DNA of 24,921 nucleotides from a virus (taxonomy: Duplodnaviria; Caudoviricetes), in IMG/VR virus record IMGVR_UViG_3300042346_000140, positions 1 to 24,921 of that record, one strand, 5' to 3'. Shown here one piece after another: positions 1-8,878 of this stretch; position 1 is the stretch's first letter, and every line of letters begins with the position of its first letter. The notes below the pieces were generated by a model. The model was not told the DNA's origin and made no database searches. It saw only the letters and a list, made by a program, of their open reading frames with translations. Made by a program: the position numbers and the translations under genes.

Positions 1-2
1 GG

Positions 3-416
3 TATAACCCACCAGATTTAAACGAACAAATCCTTGCCTCAATTCAGGGCAAAGAATACAACGGAGAAGTTGTTACCTTAGATACGCTTAAGAAAAAAGG
101 TATGGCTTTGGCTAAAGCAGCACACTTTCAATTGGCTCCACAATTGGATGCTGGCTTAACTCTTGCTGAGATCTTTAGTTCTTACAAAGATACAGCTGCC
201 AGGACACTAGAGCTATCTCCAGAATCTATTTCGTTTAATGATCCAAAGTTTAGAACGGCATTTGGTGGACCCAACACACCTCCACCTACGTTGGGTGAAT
301 GGGAAACCATGCTGCGCACGGACCCCAAGTACGGTTTTGAAAACACAAAGAAAGCAAAGCGTGATGCTATGACGCTAGCTACAACCATAGCTAAAACGTT
401 TGGAGAGGTACTCTAA
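3..416 (+). CDS. 5'-truncated putative internal virion/ejection protein
   Basis: The frame of ORF 102..416 is open back to the window edge (YNPPDLNEQILASIQGKEY...). The stop overlaps the next start (TAATG). It lies upstream of scaffold/capsid; function is inferred from position. Confidence 0.6.
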   Translation, partial: YNPPDLNEQILASIQGKEYNGEVVTLDTLKKKGMALAKAAHFQLAPQLDAGLTLAEIFSSYKDTAARTLELSPESISFNDPKFRTAFGGPNTPPPTLGEWETMLRTDPKYGFENTKKAKRDAMTLATTIAKTFGEVL

Positions 417-1600
417 TGTCAATGTCGGAAGAAGATCTTCGGGCGCTATCTGAAGCTCGTGGTCGTCAGGTAACTCGCCCTACTTCTCAGACCCTGGATC
501 CAGGTCTTGTTAGTGAAGCTCGTGGTTTTTACGGTGATGAAACCTACATTAACGAACTTGTAGCTAATACTGGAGTTGGGTCAGGCACTTTAGAGCAAAG
601 ACAAAATGCTCTCAACACTCTTATTCAGCAAGGCAAAGATCGCAATCTTGCAGAACGTGGATCGGTAGATGCTTTTCCAGGCGCCCCTATTATTAGCGGT
701 AATACTGGTGAAGGGGGTAACGGTGGTGGAGAAGAATTTGTTCCAGCTGCTGGAGCAAAAGCAATACTGCGCAACGTGCTAGCCAGTTATGGTTTAGAGG
801 GTTTGTATGAATATGCGTATTCTCTTTACGCTAAGGATGAAATAGATGTTAATGACGGCGACTCTCTTATCTTTGCGTTAAAAGAACAAGAAGCATACAA
901 GAAACGATTTGCTGCAAACGAACGACGCAAGTCTTTGGGATTCAAAGAGTTGTCGCCAGCTACTTATCTTTCTTTGGAAAAATCATACAAAGATACTTTG
1001 GCTGCCAACGGTTTACCACAGGGATTTTACGATTCACCAGATGATTTTGAAAAACTTATTGGTGGTGATGTATCTGTAGCAGAACTTAACAACCGTCTTA
1101 AAGACGCTTATACGGTAGTGCGTGATGCTTCTCCAGAAGTAAAGAACAAGATGGCAGAAATGTATGGCGTTACCGACGGAGATCTTCTTGCATACGTAAT
1201 TGACCCTGATCGAGCACGTCCTCTTATGTCCCCAGATTACAAACGTCAAGCGCAAGCAGCCTTAATTGCGGAAAGCGCTCAAAGACTTTCAGCACTCAAC
1301 TTGAATAAAGATGTGGCTGAACAGTTTGTACGACAAGGTGTTAGCCAAACTGAAGCCGAAACAGCTTTTGCAACAATTGGTCAGATGGGTGAACTGCGAC
1401 GTGGTGGGTTTGGTGAACAACAAATTACCGATCTTCAGTTTGCTCAGGCTGCTTTAGGTACAGATGCTGAAGCTAAACGGTTGGTGGAAGAACGCAAGAA
1501 GCGTCGTATCGGTGAGGTAACTGCTAGTGGTGGTTCAGCAACTCTTGCTCAGGGTGATAGTGGTTCTTACAAATCTGGGTACGGTCAGGCAAATCTCTAA
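416..1600 (+). CDS. putative internal virion protein (alpha-helical, 394 aa)
   Basis: Long ORF translationally coupled to the upstream gene, Ala/Gln/Gly-rich and helical, immediately upstream of the scaffold gene. Confidence 0.6.
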   Translation: MSMSEEDLRALSEARGRQVTRPTSQTLDPGLVSEARGFYGDETYINELVANTGVGSGTLEQRQNALNTLIQQGKDRNLAERGSVDAFPGAPIISGNTGEGGNGGGEEFVPAAGAKAILRNVLASYGLEGLYEYAYSLYAKDEIDVNDGDSLIFALKEQEAYKKRFAANERRKSLGFKELSPATYLSLEKSYKDTLAANGLPQGFYDSPDDFEKLIGGDVSVAELNNRLKDAYTVVRDASPEVKNKMAEMYGVTDGDLLAYVIDPDRARPLMSPDYKRQAQAALIAESAQRLSALNLNKDVAEQFVRQGVSQTEAETAFATIGQMGELRRGGFGEQQITDLQFAQAALGTDAEAKRLVEERKKRRIGEVTASGGSATLAQGDSGSYKSGYGQANL

Positions 1601-1616
1601 TATAGATAGTCAACCC

Positions 1617-1644
1617 TTGACAATCATTAATTGTGATGTAAGAT
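1617..1644 (+). promoter_or_regulatory. sigma70/SigA-type promoter for scaffold-capsid operon
   Basis: TTGACA (1617-1622), 16 nt spacer, TAAGAT (1639-1644). The spacer contains an ATCA-N7-TGAT inverted repeat. Confidence 0.65.
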
Positions 1645-1648
1645 AGTT

Positions 1649-1759
1649 ATATCCCATCAGGGATAACCATTGGAAATCCCCCCGATTTCAATGTGCTAAT
1701 AGGGGTGAGATATGCAGCCACTTGGCCCCTCCAGCCAGGTGTGGGCGGAGGAGTGGGTC
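1649..1759 (+). promoter_or_regulatory. structured 5' leader (three hairpins, possible SD-sequestering pseudoknot)
   Basis: Hairpins TATCCC/GGGATA (1649-1664), CATTGGAAATC/GATTTCAATG (1668-1693) and CACTTGGC/GCCAGGTG (1719-1741). The third loop, CCCTCCA, is complementary to the SD GGAGG (1747-1751). Confidence 0.6.
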
Positions 1760-2221
1760 ATGCAAGAACAAGACTTCTATGAAGAGGACAGCGTTCAGGA
1801 AGACCAGGCAACAAAGAATCCAGTTCGTGCAAGGATGCGTGAGTTGGAGTCAGAGGTTAAGAGCTTGCGTCAGCAAGCAGAGGAAGCTAAGTCAGCTCAA
1901 CGAGAGTTGGCATTTGTGAAGGCAGGCGTAGACCTATCTTCAGGGATGTCCAAGTATTTCGTAAAGGCTTATGATGGCGAACTCACACCCGAGGCAATCC
2001 GAGTTGCAGCCGCAGAAGCAAATCTCATTAAGCCCCAAGAAACTGTGCAAGCAGCCCCGATACAGGAGAAGCAAGCATGGGATCGAGTTAGCAACGCATC
2101 ACGCGTTGGAGACACAACTGAAGCGACGGTTGACTACAGCACTAGAATTGCAAACGCTAAATCCGAAAGAGAAGTAATGGAATTGTTGGCTCAAGCAAGA
2201 ATGAATCAAATCAACAATTAA
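1760..2221 (+). CDS. capsid scaffolding protein
   Basis: Start moved to ATG 1760 because of the SD GGAGGAG at 1747-1753. Acidic N-terminus and coiled coil, directly upstream of the major capsid gene. Confidence 0.8.
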   Translation: MQEQDFYEEDSVQEDQATKNPVRARMRELESEVKSLRQQAEEAKSAQRELAFVKAGVDLSSGMSKYFVKAYDGELTPEAIRVAAAEANLIKPQETVQAAPIQEKQAWDRVSNASRVGDTTEATVDYSTRIANAKSEREVMELLAQARMNQINN

Positions 2222-2246
2222 CCAATTCTTTAAGGAGAATTAAAAC

Positions 2247-3218
2247 ATGGCAGGCGAAACAACAACCTCGTCCTTGTCTATCGACCAGGTGGCGTTTGAC
2301 CGTCTTGCGTATTTCGCATTGCGTTCAGAACTTCTTTTCGATCAGGCAGCGGACGTACAACCAGTAGCACAGGCAATGCCTGGTACTGGAGTTACATTCA
2401 CAATCTTCGCAGACATCGCAGCAGCGACATCTACGTTGAACGAAGTAACTGACGTAACCCCAACAGCGCTCTCGGACAGTCAGGTAACAGTTACCTTGGC
2501 TGAATACGGCAACGCAGTTGTTACAACAGCAAAACTCCGTGGCACAGCATTCTTGGATGTTGACTCGGCAGCAGCAAACATCATCGGATACAACGCTGGC
2601 GATTCAATCGACCAAGTTGTCCGTGAAGTTCTTGCCGCAGGAACCAACGTAGCTTACGCAACTGGTGGCGCATCAGCTCCATCAAGCCGTGTAACTATGG
2701 CTGTTGACGACATCTTGGTAGCAAACGACATCCGTAAGCAGGTAGCTGCTTTGCGTGGTGCAAACGTTGCAACCTTCAATGGTTCGTACATTGGCTTTAT
2801 TCACCCAGACGTGTCGTACGACTTCCGTTCGAACACAGACGTAGCAGCATGGCGTACACCAGCCAACTACGTGGATCCAACTGGTATCTACAATGGCGAG
2901 ATCGGCTTGTTTGAGTCGGTACGTTTCATTGAGACACCACGTGCCAAGGTATTCACTAACGCTTTCAACGGCGCAGGTGCAACTGGTACGGGAGACTCGT
3001 ATGCAACTCTTATCATGGGTCGTCAGGCTCTTGCTAAGGCGTTCAGCACACAAGATGGCAATGGCGCAGTACCGAAGATCGTCCGTGGCAATGTCACAGA
3101 CATCTTGATGCGTTTGCAACCACTTGGTTGGTACTGGCTCGGCGGCTATGGTCGCTTCCGCGAGGCTTCGCTTCGTCGAATCGAGTCATCGTCAAGCATT
3201 GGTGCTAACAGCGTCTAA
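2247..3218 (+). CDS. major capsid protein, N4-gp56-like family (HK97 fold)
   Basis: 323 aa with TLAEYGNAV, YIGFIHPDVSYD, NGEIGLFESVRFIET and GWYWLGGYGRFRE motifs. Strong SD AAGGAG and biased codon usage. Confidence 0.92.
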   Translation: MAGETTTSSLSIDQVAFDRLAYFALRSELLFDQAADVQPVAQAMPGTGVTFTIFADIAAATSTLNEVTDVTPTALSDSQVTVTLAEYGNAVVTTAKLRGTAFLDVDSAAANIIGYNAGDSIDQVVREVLAAGTNVAYATGGASAPSSRVTMAVDDILVANDIRKQVAALRGANVATFNGSYIGFIHPDVSYDFRSNTDVAAWRTPANYVDPTGIYNGEIGLFESVRFIETPRAKVFTNAFNGAGATGTGDSYATLIMGRQALAKAFSTQDGNGAVPKIVRGNVTDILMRLQPLGWYWLGGYGRFREASLRRIESSSSIGANSV

Positions 3219-3230
3219 TAATTAATTAGT

Positions 3231-3264
3231 AGGGCCTCCCCGTCATGAAAGGCGGGGGGGCTTT
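3231..3264 (+). terminator. intrinsic terminator after capsid gene
   Basis: AGGGCCTCCCCGTC-atgaaa-GGCGGGGGGGCTTT stem-loop with G-U pairs on the + strand, followed by T-rich sequence. Confidence 0.75.
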
Positions 3265-3272
3265 GCTATACT
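3264..3272 (+). promoter_or_regulatory. extended -10 promoter element
   Basis: TG-C-TATACT directly after the terminator, about 20 nt upstream of ATG 3293 (SD GAAAGG). Confidence 0.5.
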
Positions 3273-3292
3273 TTTACTAACGAAAGGTTTGT

Positions 3293-3661
3293 ATGTCAAT
3301 TTCTAATTATGCTGAACTGAAAATCTTAGAGCACACCACAGGTAAAACTGCTTGGACTATGCCAACGAATGTGTATGTCAAGTTGCATCTTGGTGATCCT
3401 GGTGAGGCTGCTACTTCTAATGCTGCTGTTGAAGCAACTCGTAAAGTTTCTGCTTGGGCTACAGCGGCTTCGGGCGCTATTGCAACAAGCTCAACTATTG
3501 AGTGGACTAACGTTTCTACTACAGAAACTTATACACATTGGTCGTTGTGGGATGCGTCAACTGGTGGTAATGCTTTGTGGACTGGTGCATTGTCAGCATC
3601 GGCTGCTGTAACTGCTGGCGATACTTTCCAAATTACTACACTAACCCTGTCTCTCGATTAG
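3293..3661 (+). CDS. small beta-sandwich virion protein (head decoration / fibre-base type)
   Basis: MSISNYAE..., YVKLHLGDPGE, THWSLWDASTGGNAL and VTAGDTFQI pattern typical of phage minor structural proteins; follows the capsid gene. Confidence 0.7.
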   Translation: MSISNYAELKILEHTTGKTAWTMPTNVYVKLHLGDPGEAATSNAAVEATRKVSAWATAASGAIATSSTIEWTNVSTTETYTHWSLWDASTGGNALWTGALSASAAVTAGDTFQITTLTLSLD

Positions 3662-3679
3662 TCGTAGGGGGTAAACCCT

Positions 3680-5038
3680 ATGGCTGCTTTTCAGGGCACA
3701 CTTACAAAATATTCATCACCGTATAGACCTGCAACGGGTCTATATATTGGTGCGTTAATATTTCAATTAACTGCTACTGGTTCTGGTGTTGGTACAGAGA
3801 CTGCAAGTAAACTTGTAATAAGAGCAAAGTCTGGTACTGGGTCGGGAACTGGAACTGAATTAGCTTATGGTGTACGTGTAGTACTACGTACCGCTACAGG
3901 GTCTGGTGTTGGTACCGAAGTAACTGTTTCGGGACCTACTCAACTACGTATTGGTAAATTAACCGACTATTCGTTCCCATATTTAACTGGTGGTGCTTAT
4001 TATGTAGGTGCACCTATAACACAAACAGCTGCTACTGGTTCTGGTCTTGGTACGGAAACCGCAATTGCGTTTACAACAAAAGCAAAACTTGGTACTGGTT
4101 CAGGAACTGGAACTGAGTCGGCTTCTGGGGTACGAATAGTATTACGTACAGCTACGGGGTCTGGTGTTGGCGCTGATAGCGCAATAACTTCTGGTTCTAA
4201 CCAGTTACGTCTTACTGGGTTAACTGACTATTCGTTCCCATATTTAACTGGTGGTCGTTACTACTTAGGTCCTGCAGTATATGCAAGGACTGCTACTGGT
4301 TCTGGTGTTGGCACAGAAACAGCAACTGGATTACTTATAGTTATTCGTACTGCTACAGGTAGTGGTACAGCAGGTGAATCAACAAGCACAACCAAAGAAG
4401 TTTTGGCTCGCACCGCCACAGGATCTGGCACGGGTTCTGGTGACGCAGACCCATTTTTGTTCCTTATCAGATCAGCAACGGGTAGCGGTACTGGAACTTC
4501 TTCAACAGTATTTATTCGTGGTTTAGTAAGGAACGCTACAGGTAGTGGACTTGGTACTGAAACAGCTACAGCGATAGAACTCCTACCAAGAACAGCAACA
4601 GGGTCTGGTCTTGGCACCGAGACTGCCACCAGAATTGTTGTAGCGCTCCGTACGGCGACAGGATCAGGTGTTGGTACCGAGACAGCCAGCGGTATCGAAT
4701 CGCTTCCTAGAACAGCTACAGGCTCTGGTGTGGGTTCCGTAAGTGAGAACGCTACATGGGTTAAGTCTCGTATGTTTAGGGTTCCACAAACTACAAACTT
4801 TGCTTTTGTTCAATCGTATCCAGATGTTACGTATCAAGCAAAACAAAGATTGTTTGCTCGTCTACCTAACGGGGTGCGAGTAGAAAATCTCTTTGAATTA
4901 CAAGATGGTTCATATACAATTAATGATCCAAGAGACGGTACCGTAGTTAGGGTTTATCTTGGGTCGCATGTAATTCCATTAACGGATGAAGAAGTGGCAG
5001 ATCTAACAGCAGCTGGATATGGAGCGTACATAACGTGA
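3680..5038 (+). CDS. repeat-rich virion fibre/decoration protein
   Basis: About 17 copies of a (R)TATGSG(V/L/T)GTETA-type unit at ~19-20 aa period, three LTxYSxPY modules and a globular C-terminal domain. Confidence 0.7.
   Translation: MAAFQGTLTKYSSPYRPATGLYIGALIFQLTATGSGVGTETASKLVIRAKSGTGSGTGTELAYGVRVVLRTATGSGVGTEVTVSGPTQLRIGKLTDYSFPYLTGGAYYVGAPITQTAATGSGLGTETAIAFTTKAKLGTGSGTGTESASGVRIVLRTATGSGVGADSAITSGSNQLRLTGLTDYSFPYLTGGRYYLGPAVYARTATGSGVGTETATGLLIVIRTATGSGTAGESTSTTKEVLARTATGSGTGSGDADPFLFLIRSATGSGTGTSSTVFIRGLVRNATGSGLGTETATAIELLPRTATGSGLGTETATRIVVALRTATGSGVGTETASGIESLPRTATGSGVGSVSENATWVKSRMFRVPQTTNFAFVQSYPDVTYQAKQRLFARLPNGVRVENLFELQDGSYTINDPRDGTVVRVYLGSHVIPLTDEEVADLTAAGYGAYIT
3965..4255 (+). 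repeat. 30-bp exact direct repeat marking a 261-bp (87-codon) internal duplication
   Basis: GACTATTCGTTCCCATATTTAACTGGTGGT at 3965-3994 and 4226-4255. Confidence 0.9.
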
Positions 5039-5307
5039 AGCATGCAGAAACCCATCCCGATTTAGATGTTGATGGTTGCTTTGGTTGTCGCATTGCGAAT
5101 ATTCGCATGGGCACTAATAGCACCACAACTCGTGGGAAGCAAGTAGAGCAAACAAATAAGGTAGAACGAAACTGGCAGAAAGATATGCCAGCTTATAAGC
5201 GTTTAAGGAAGGAAGGTTTGCAACCAAAACGAATTGATGGTTCAGCCGAAGTTGAAAAAAAAGCAGAACATAAATGGCAAGTCGAGACAGGGATAGGTAT
5301 TAAATGA
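5035..5307 (+). CDS. small putative Zn-binding protein
   Basis: HxxxH...CxxC (HAETH...CFGC) at the N-terminus; GTGA overlap with the upstream gene. Confidence 0.7.
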   Translation: MKHAETHPDLDVDGCFGCRIANIRMGTNSTTTRGKQVEQTNKVERNWQKDMPAYKRLRKEGLQPKRIDGSAEVEKKAEHKWQVETGIGIK

Positions 5308-5480
5308 AAAGCAAATCTAAGGTAAATGCTGCTGGTAACTACACAAAACCAGCAATGCGCAAAAGATTGTTTAACAAAATTAAAGCTGGTTCTAAAGGTG
5401 GGGACCCTGGTGAATGGTCTGCACGTAAAGCACAATTGCTTGCAAGTGAATACAAAAAAGCTGGTGGGGGATACAAGTAG
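5304..5480 (+). CDS. small basic protein, 58 aa (resembles N-terminal half of DUF5872-type proteins)
   Basis: Not in the ORF track. Translates to MKSKSKVNAAGNYTKPAMRKRLFNKIKAGSKGGDPGEWSARKAQLLASEYKKAGGGYK and fills the gap exactly, overlapping both neighbours. Confidence 0.8.
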   Translation: MKSKSKVNAAGNYTKPAMRKRLFNKIKAGSKGGDPGEWSARKAQLLASEYKKAGGGYK

Positions 5481-5722
5481 TGGCGCTTGCTAAATCCCAA
5501 CAATCTTTAAAGAAGTGGACCCAAGAAAAATGGAGAACTTCTGACGGTAAACCTTCTAAGGGAAAGAAACGTTACCTACCTTCAGCAGCTTGGAATGCTT
5601 TAACACCCGCAGAAAAAGCAGCAACAAATAAAGCCAAAGCTGCTGGCAATGCAAAGGGCAAACAGTTTGTTAAACAACCTAAAAACATCGCAAAAAAAAC
5701 AGCAAAGTACAGAGGAAAATAA
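5480..5722 (+). CDS. small basic protein (resembles C-terminal half of DUF5872-type proteins)
   Basis: SLKKWTQEKW...RYLPSAAW...EKAATN...KGKQFV; TAGTG overlap with the upstream gene. Confidence 0.75.
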   Translation: MALAKSQQSLKKWTQEKWRTSDGKPSKGKKRYLPSAAWNALTPAEKAATNKAKAAGNAKGKQFVKQPKNIAKKTAKYRGK

Positions 5723-6025
5723 ATGGCTAAATCACCAGCATGGCAACGCAAAGAAGGAAAGAATCCTGCGGGCGGACTCAATGCAAAAGGTCGTGCATCA
5801 TACAAAGGTGGGACATTGAAAGCACCTGTTAAAGCAGGAGACAATCCACGTCGAGCATCATTCCTCGCACGCATGGGAAACATGCCAGGACCTGAACGAG
5901 ATGAAAAAGGTAGACCAACAAGACTGCTATTATCTTTACAGGCTTGGGGTGCTTCGTCTAAAGCGGATGCACGGTCTAAGGCTAAAGCAATATCCGCACG
6001 AAACAAGAACAAGAAAGGCAAGTAA
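5723..6025 (+). CDS. small basic protein, DUF6321-like
   Basis: AWQRKEGKNPAGGLNAKGRAS...RRASFLARM...SLQAW motif; SD GAGG. Confidence 0.75.
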   Translation: MAKSPAWQRKEGKNPAGGLNAKGRASYKGGTLKAPVKAGDNPRRASFLARMGNMPGPERDEKGRPTRLLLSLQAWGASSKADARSKAKAISARNKNKKGK

Positions 6026-6129
6026 TGCCAAAAGTAGGAAAAAAGGAATTCGCTTACACCCCAAAAGGTATGGCGATGGCTAAGAAAGAAAAGATGAAGA
6101 TGAAGATGAAAGCTAAGAAAAAGAAGTAA
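6025..6129 (+). CDS. 34-aa Lys/Met-rich peptide
   Basis: Not in the ORF track. MPKVGKKEFAYTPKGMAMAKKEKMKMKMKAKKKK, with TAATG overlaps at both ends. Confidence 0.75.
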   Translation: MPKVGKKEFAYTPKGMAMAKKEKMKMKMKAKKKK

Positions 6130-7016
6130 TGACAACAGCAGCAACGGTAATTAATAAAACGTTGCGGCAACTTCTATCTGGAACGGTGGAGGCCCGCAAC
6201 AAGTTGGCCTCTACCGTAAACAGTTCTGCCACTAGTATTGTTTGCACTTATGCCCTTGAGGGGTTGCGTGCTGGACAAATTTTTGAAATTGAATCTGAAG
6301 TATTTTATATTTGGGCTGTAGATGTACCTACAAAAACTCTAACCGTAGAGCGCGGGTTTAATGGAACTACTGCAGCTGCACATACTGCTGGCGCAATAGT
6401 CACGGTAAACCCTAGGTTCCCTAGAGCTCAAGTTCTTGAGGCCATCAACGATGAAGTCTTGGATCTATCGTCACCAGTTAATGGATTGTTCCAAGTTAAA
6501 ACTTTTAACCAAACATACAACGGTACAGACAGAATGGTTAACTTAACATCAGCTACTGATGTCATAGATGTTCTCAATGTATCTGTTCGTTATCTTACCG
6601 ACGATTACCCAGTAGCTCGCAAGGTAAAACTTGTTCGAGATCTACCAACCGATGACTTTGCTTCTTCCTTTGCTCTTAAGTTTGACCAAGCTGTATACCC
6701 TGGCAGACTTCGTGTTGTCTACAAAGCGCCATACACTTCAGTTACTACTGAAGCAACCAACCTTAATACAGATTGCGGCATACAAGAATCAGTAGAAGAT
6801 ATTGTTGTTGTGGGTACGCAACTTAGATTGATGGCACCACGGGAAATTAAACGCAACTTTATTGAATCACAAGGTGATACTCGTAGAGCAGAAGAAGTTG
6901 CATCAGGCGCAATTACCAACTCCGCAACAGCACTAAGACAATTACGGAGAGACAGAATCATTGCGGAGGCTGCTCGCTTAATGCGGTCATACCCAACATT
7001 CTTGACAAGGGAATGA
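6129..7016 (+). CDS. putative head-tail adaptor / tail tubular protein A
   Basis: Helical N- and C-termini with inserted beta domain (TVERGFNGTTAAAHTAGA); precedes a propeller-type tail gene. Confidence 0.6.
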   Translation: MTTAATVINKTLRQLLSGTVEARNKLASTVNSSATSIVCTYALEGLRAGQIFEIESEVFYIWAVDVPTKTLTVERGFNGTTAAAHTAGAIVTVNPRFPRAQVLEAINDEVLDLSSPVNGLFQVKTFNQTYNGTDRMVNLTSATDVIDVLNVSVRYLTDDYPVARKVKLVRDLPTDDFASSFALKFDQAVYPGRLRVVYKAPYTSVTTEATNLNTDCGIQESVEDIVVVGTQLRLMAPREIKRNFIESQGDTRRAEEVASGAITNSATALRQLRRDRIIAEAARLMRSYPTFLTRE

Positions 7017-7019
7017 TCC

Positions 7020-8870
7020 GTGTCTTTAGTACTACGGTATACGGATGCCTACTATCCAGCCGTTCCTTACTTTGCAGGAAAGGAAAGTAGTTCTTTGGTT
7101 CCAGATATTTTTCCTGTTGCAATTGACTCAAGGCCATTTCTTGTAGATTCCAAATCAAATATGTTCTCGCGTGGGTTTGAACCTAGGGTTCGAGATTCGG
7201 TTGACCAATCAACGACACCTGGCGAAGCAGCAATTAACCCACAGGGTTTGTGGCGTCGCGGTGAATCATCATGGCATCTTGGTGCTGGGCAGAAGTATGC
7301 CGATACAGCAGAAGCACAAGACTATAGGTTTTACACAAGTCAAGGAATTGATCCATGGACCAAAGGTCAGATTTCATTGTTGAAGACTGTGGCTTTGTCA
7401 AAGTCAGCTACTGGCACCAACTTAAAAATTGCTACAACTGACACAGAAGTTTATTTCTTGGATGGTACAAGTCTTTACTATTCAACGAATCCGTATGCAT
7501 CAAGTCCAACATGGACAGCTGTAACTGGGCTACCTACTGGCACACCACGTGACATGGTTAGCGATGGATCATCTATTTATTTAACCTATCCAGGCACAAC
7601 TAATTCGTATGGATTATGGAAAGTACCTTCAAGTCACACACCAGTCAACGTTGCTTATGGTCAAGAGTTTGGCTACGTGGATTTGTCAAAAGGATTTTTT
7701 ATTGTTACTGGCGGTAATAGTGCAAACCATCACAAGCTTTACTACAATCCTAAAGGCAACGTAGGAGCTGCGGACTACACACATCCACTAACTGACTGGG
7801 GTTGGTTAGGTTCATCATCTGGCCCTAACGCTATTTACGCAGCTGGATCTACAGGCAACCGTGGGGCAATTTACAAGATTACAATTTCTAGTGCTGCAGT
7901 ACTGGACACACCTGTGGTCGCACTTGATTTACCGATTGGAGAAATCCCAACACATCTTGGCTCGTATCTTAACGGCGTATTGATTGGTACAAACAAAGGT
8001 GTGCGGTTTGCAACTGCAGATAACAACGGAGACTTAACTACTGGTGCTCTTATTTCGACTAGTGGGAACATAAATCAATTTACTGCTGAAGGTAATTTTG
8101 TTTGGTTTACTTGGTCAGACTTTGCTGCTTCAACATCAGGGCTTGGACGGTTAGATCTTTCAACCTTTACCGCGGTTAACGTCCCAGCTTACGCTTCCGA
8201 CTTAATGGCTAGCGTTGGCGGTACGGTTCAGGCTGCGGGAACATTTAACTCAAAACGATTGTTTGCTATTTCTGGTGTAGGACTTTACGCCGAATCAACA
8301 GACCTTGTTGCATCTGGTTCGATTACTACTGGCATTTATAGGTGGGGTATTCCAGATAGAAAGTTTGTAGCTAAGTTTGATATCCGCAGCACCCCACTAG
8401 CTGGTACGGTAACTCCGTATATCTCTAGTGATACTGGAACGTATACAGCAATGACAGCACACAATGTTGCGTCAGCTACTGAGTCTGTTGCTACTGGTCC
8501 GCAAGCTAAATTTATCGAAGCTTCTTTTAGGCTGGACTTTACTAGGGGTACTACCACTACTGGACCAACCGTGACACGTTGGATGGCTCGAGCCTACGCT
8601 TCCCCAGCCCGCAGCCAGGTGTTTAAAGTACCCCTACTTATGCATCACCAACAGGTAATTAATGGCATTGAATACTACTTAGATGTAGAAAGTGAACTAA
8701 GTCTGTTAAGGAACCTAGTTACGAATCCCCGTGTGGTAAACTATCAAGAAAATACGGAGACCTTTTCGGTAGTCGTAGAGGACTTGGAGTTTCAAGTTCT
8801 TGATGGCGTCCAGGGTAAATGGAACCTTGAGGGTGTCTGTGTTGTTACAATGAGATCAGTACAGGATTAG
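7020..8870 (+). CDS. putative tail nozzle / tail tubular protein B (beta-propeller)
   Basis: 616 aa, beta-rich; WRRGESSWHLGAGQ and SQGIDPWTKGQISLL N-terminal motifs; podovirus-like gene order. Confidence 0.6.
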   Translation: MSLVLRYTDAYYPAVPYFAGKESSSLVPDIFPVAIDSRPFLVDSKSNMFSRGFEPRVRDSVDQSTTPGEAAINPQGLWRRGESSWHLGAGQKYADTAEAQDYRFYTSQGIDPWTKGQISLLKTVALSKSATGTNLKIATTDTEVYFLDGTSLYYSTNPYASSPTWTAVTGLPTGTPRDMVSDGSSIYLTYPGTTNSYGLWKVPSSHTPVNVAYGQEFGYVDLSKGFFIVTGGNSANHHKLYYNPKGNVGAADYTHPLTDWGWLGSSSGPNAIYAAGSTGNRGAIYKITISSAAVLDTPVVALDLPIGEIPTHLGSYLNGVLIGTNKGVRFATADNNGDLTTGALISTSGNINQFTAEGNFVWFTWSDFAASTSGLGRLDLSTFTAVNVPAYASDLMASVGGTVQAAGTFNSKRLFAISGVGLYAESTDLVASGSITTGIYRWGIPDRKFVAKFDIRSTPLAGTVTPYISSDTGTYTAMTAHNVASATESVATGPQAKFIEASFRLDFTRGTTTTGPTVTRWMARAYASPARSQVFKVPLLMHHQQVINGIEYYLDVESELSLLRNLVTNPRVVNYQENTETFSVVVEDLEFQVLDGVQGKWNLEGVCVVTMRSVQD

Positions 8871-8878
8871 GAGAATAA

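Noticed and set aside
1712-1759. N-terminal extension of scaffold from ATG 1712, and ORFs 1722..1919 and 1971..2177
   Set aside because: A strong SD supports ATG 1760; the extension runs through the leader hairpin. The other ORFs are out-of-frame shadows.
3965-4255. Direct repeat as a DGR template/variable repeat pair
   Set aside because: Both copies are in-frame within one gene, there is no adenine-specific mismatch pattern, and no reverse transcriptase is in the window.
5451-5482. Programmed -1 frameshift fusing the two DUF5872-like halves
   Set aside because: C-AAA-AAA-G is not a canonical in-frame slippery heptamer, and shifting there would lose the GGGY motif. TAGTG coupling explains the junction.
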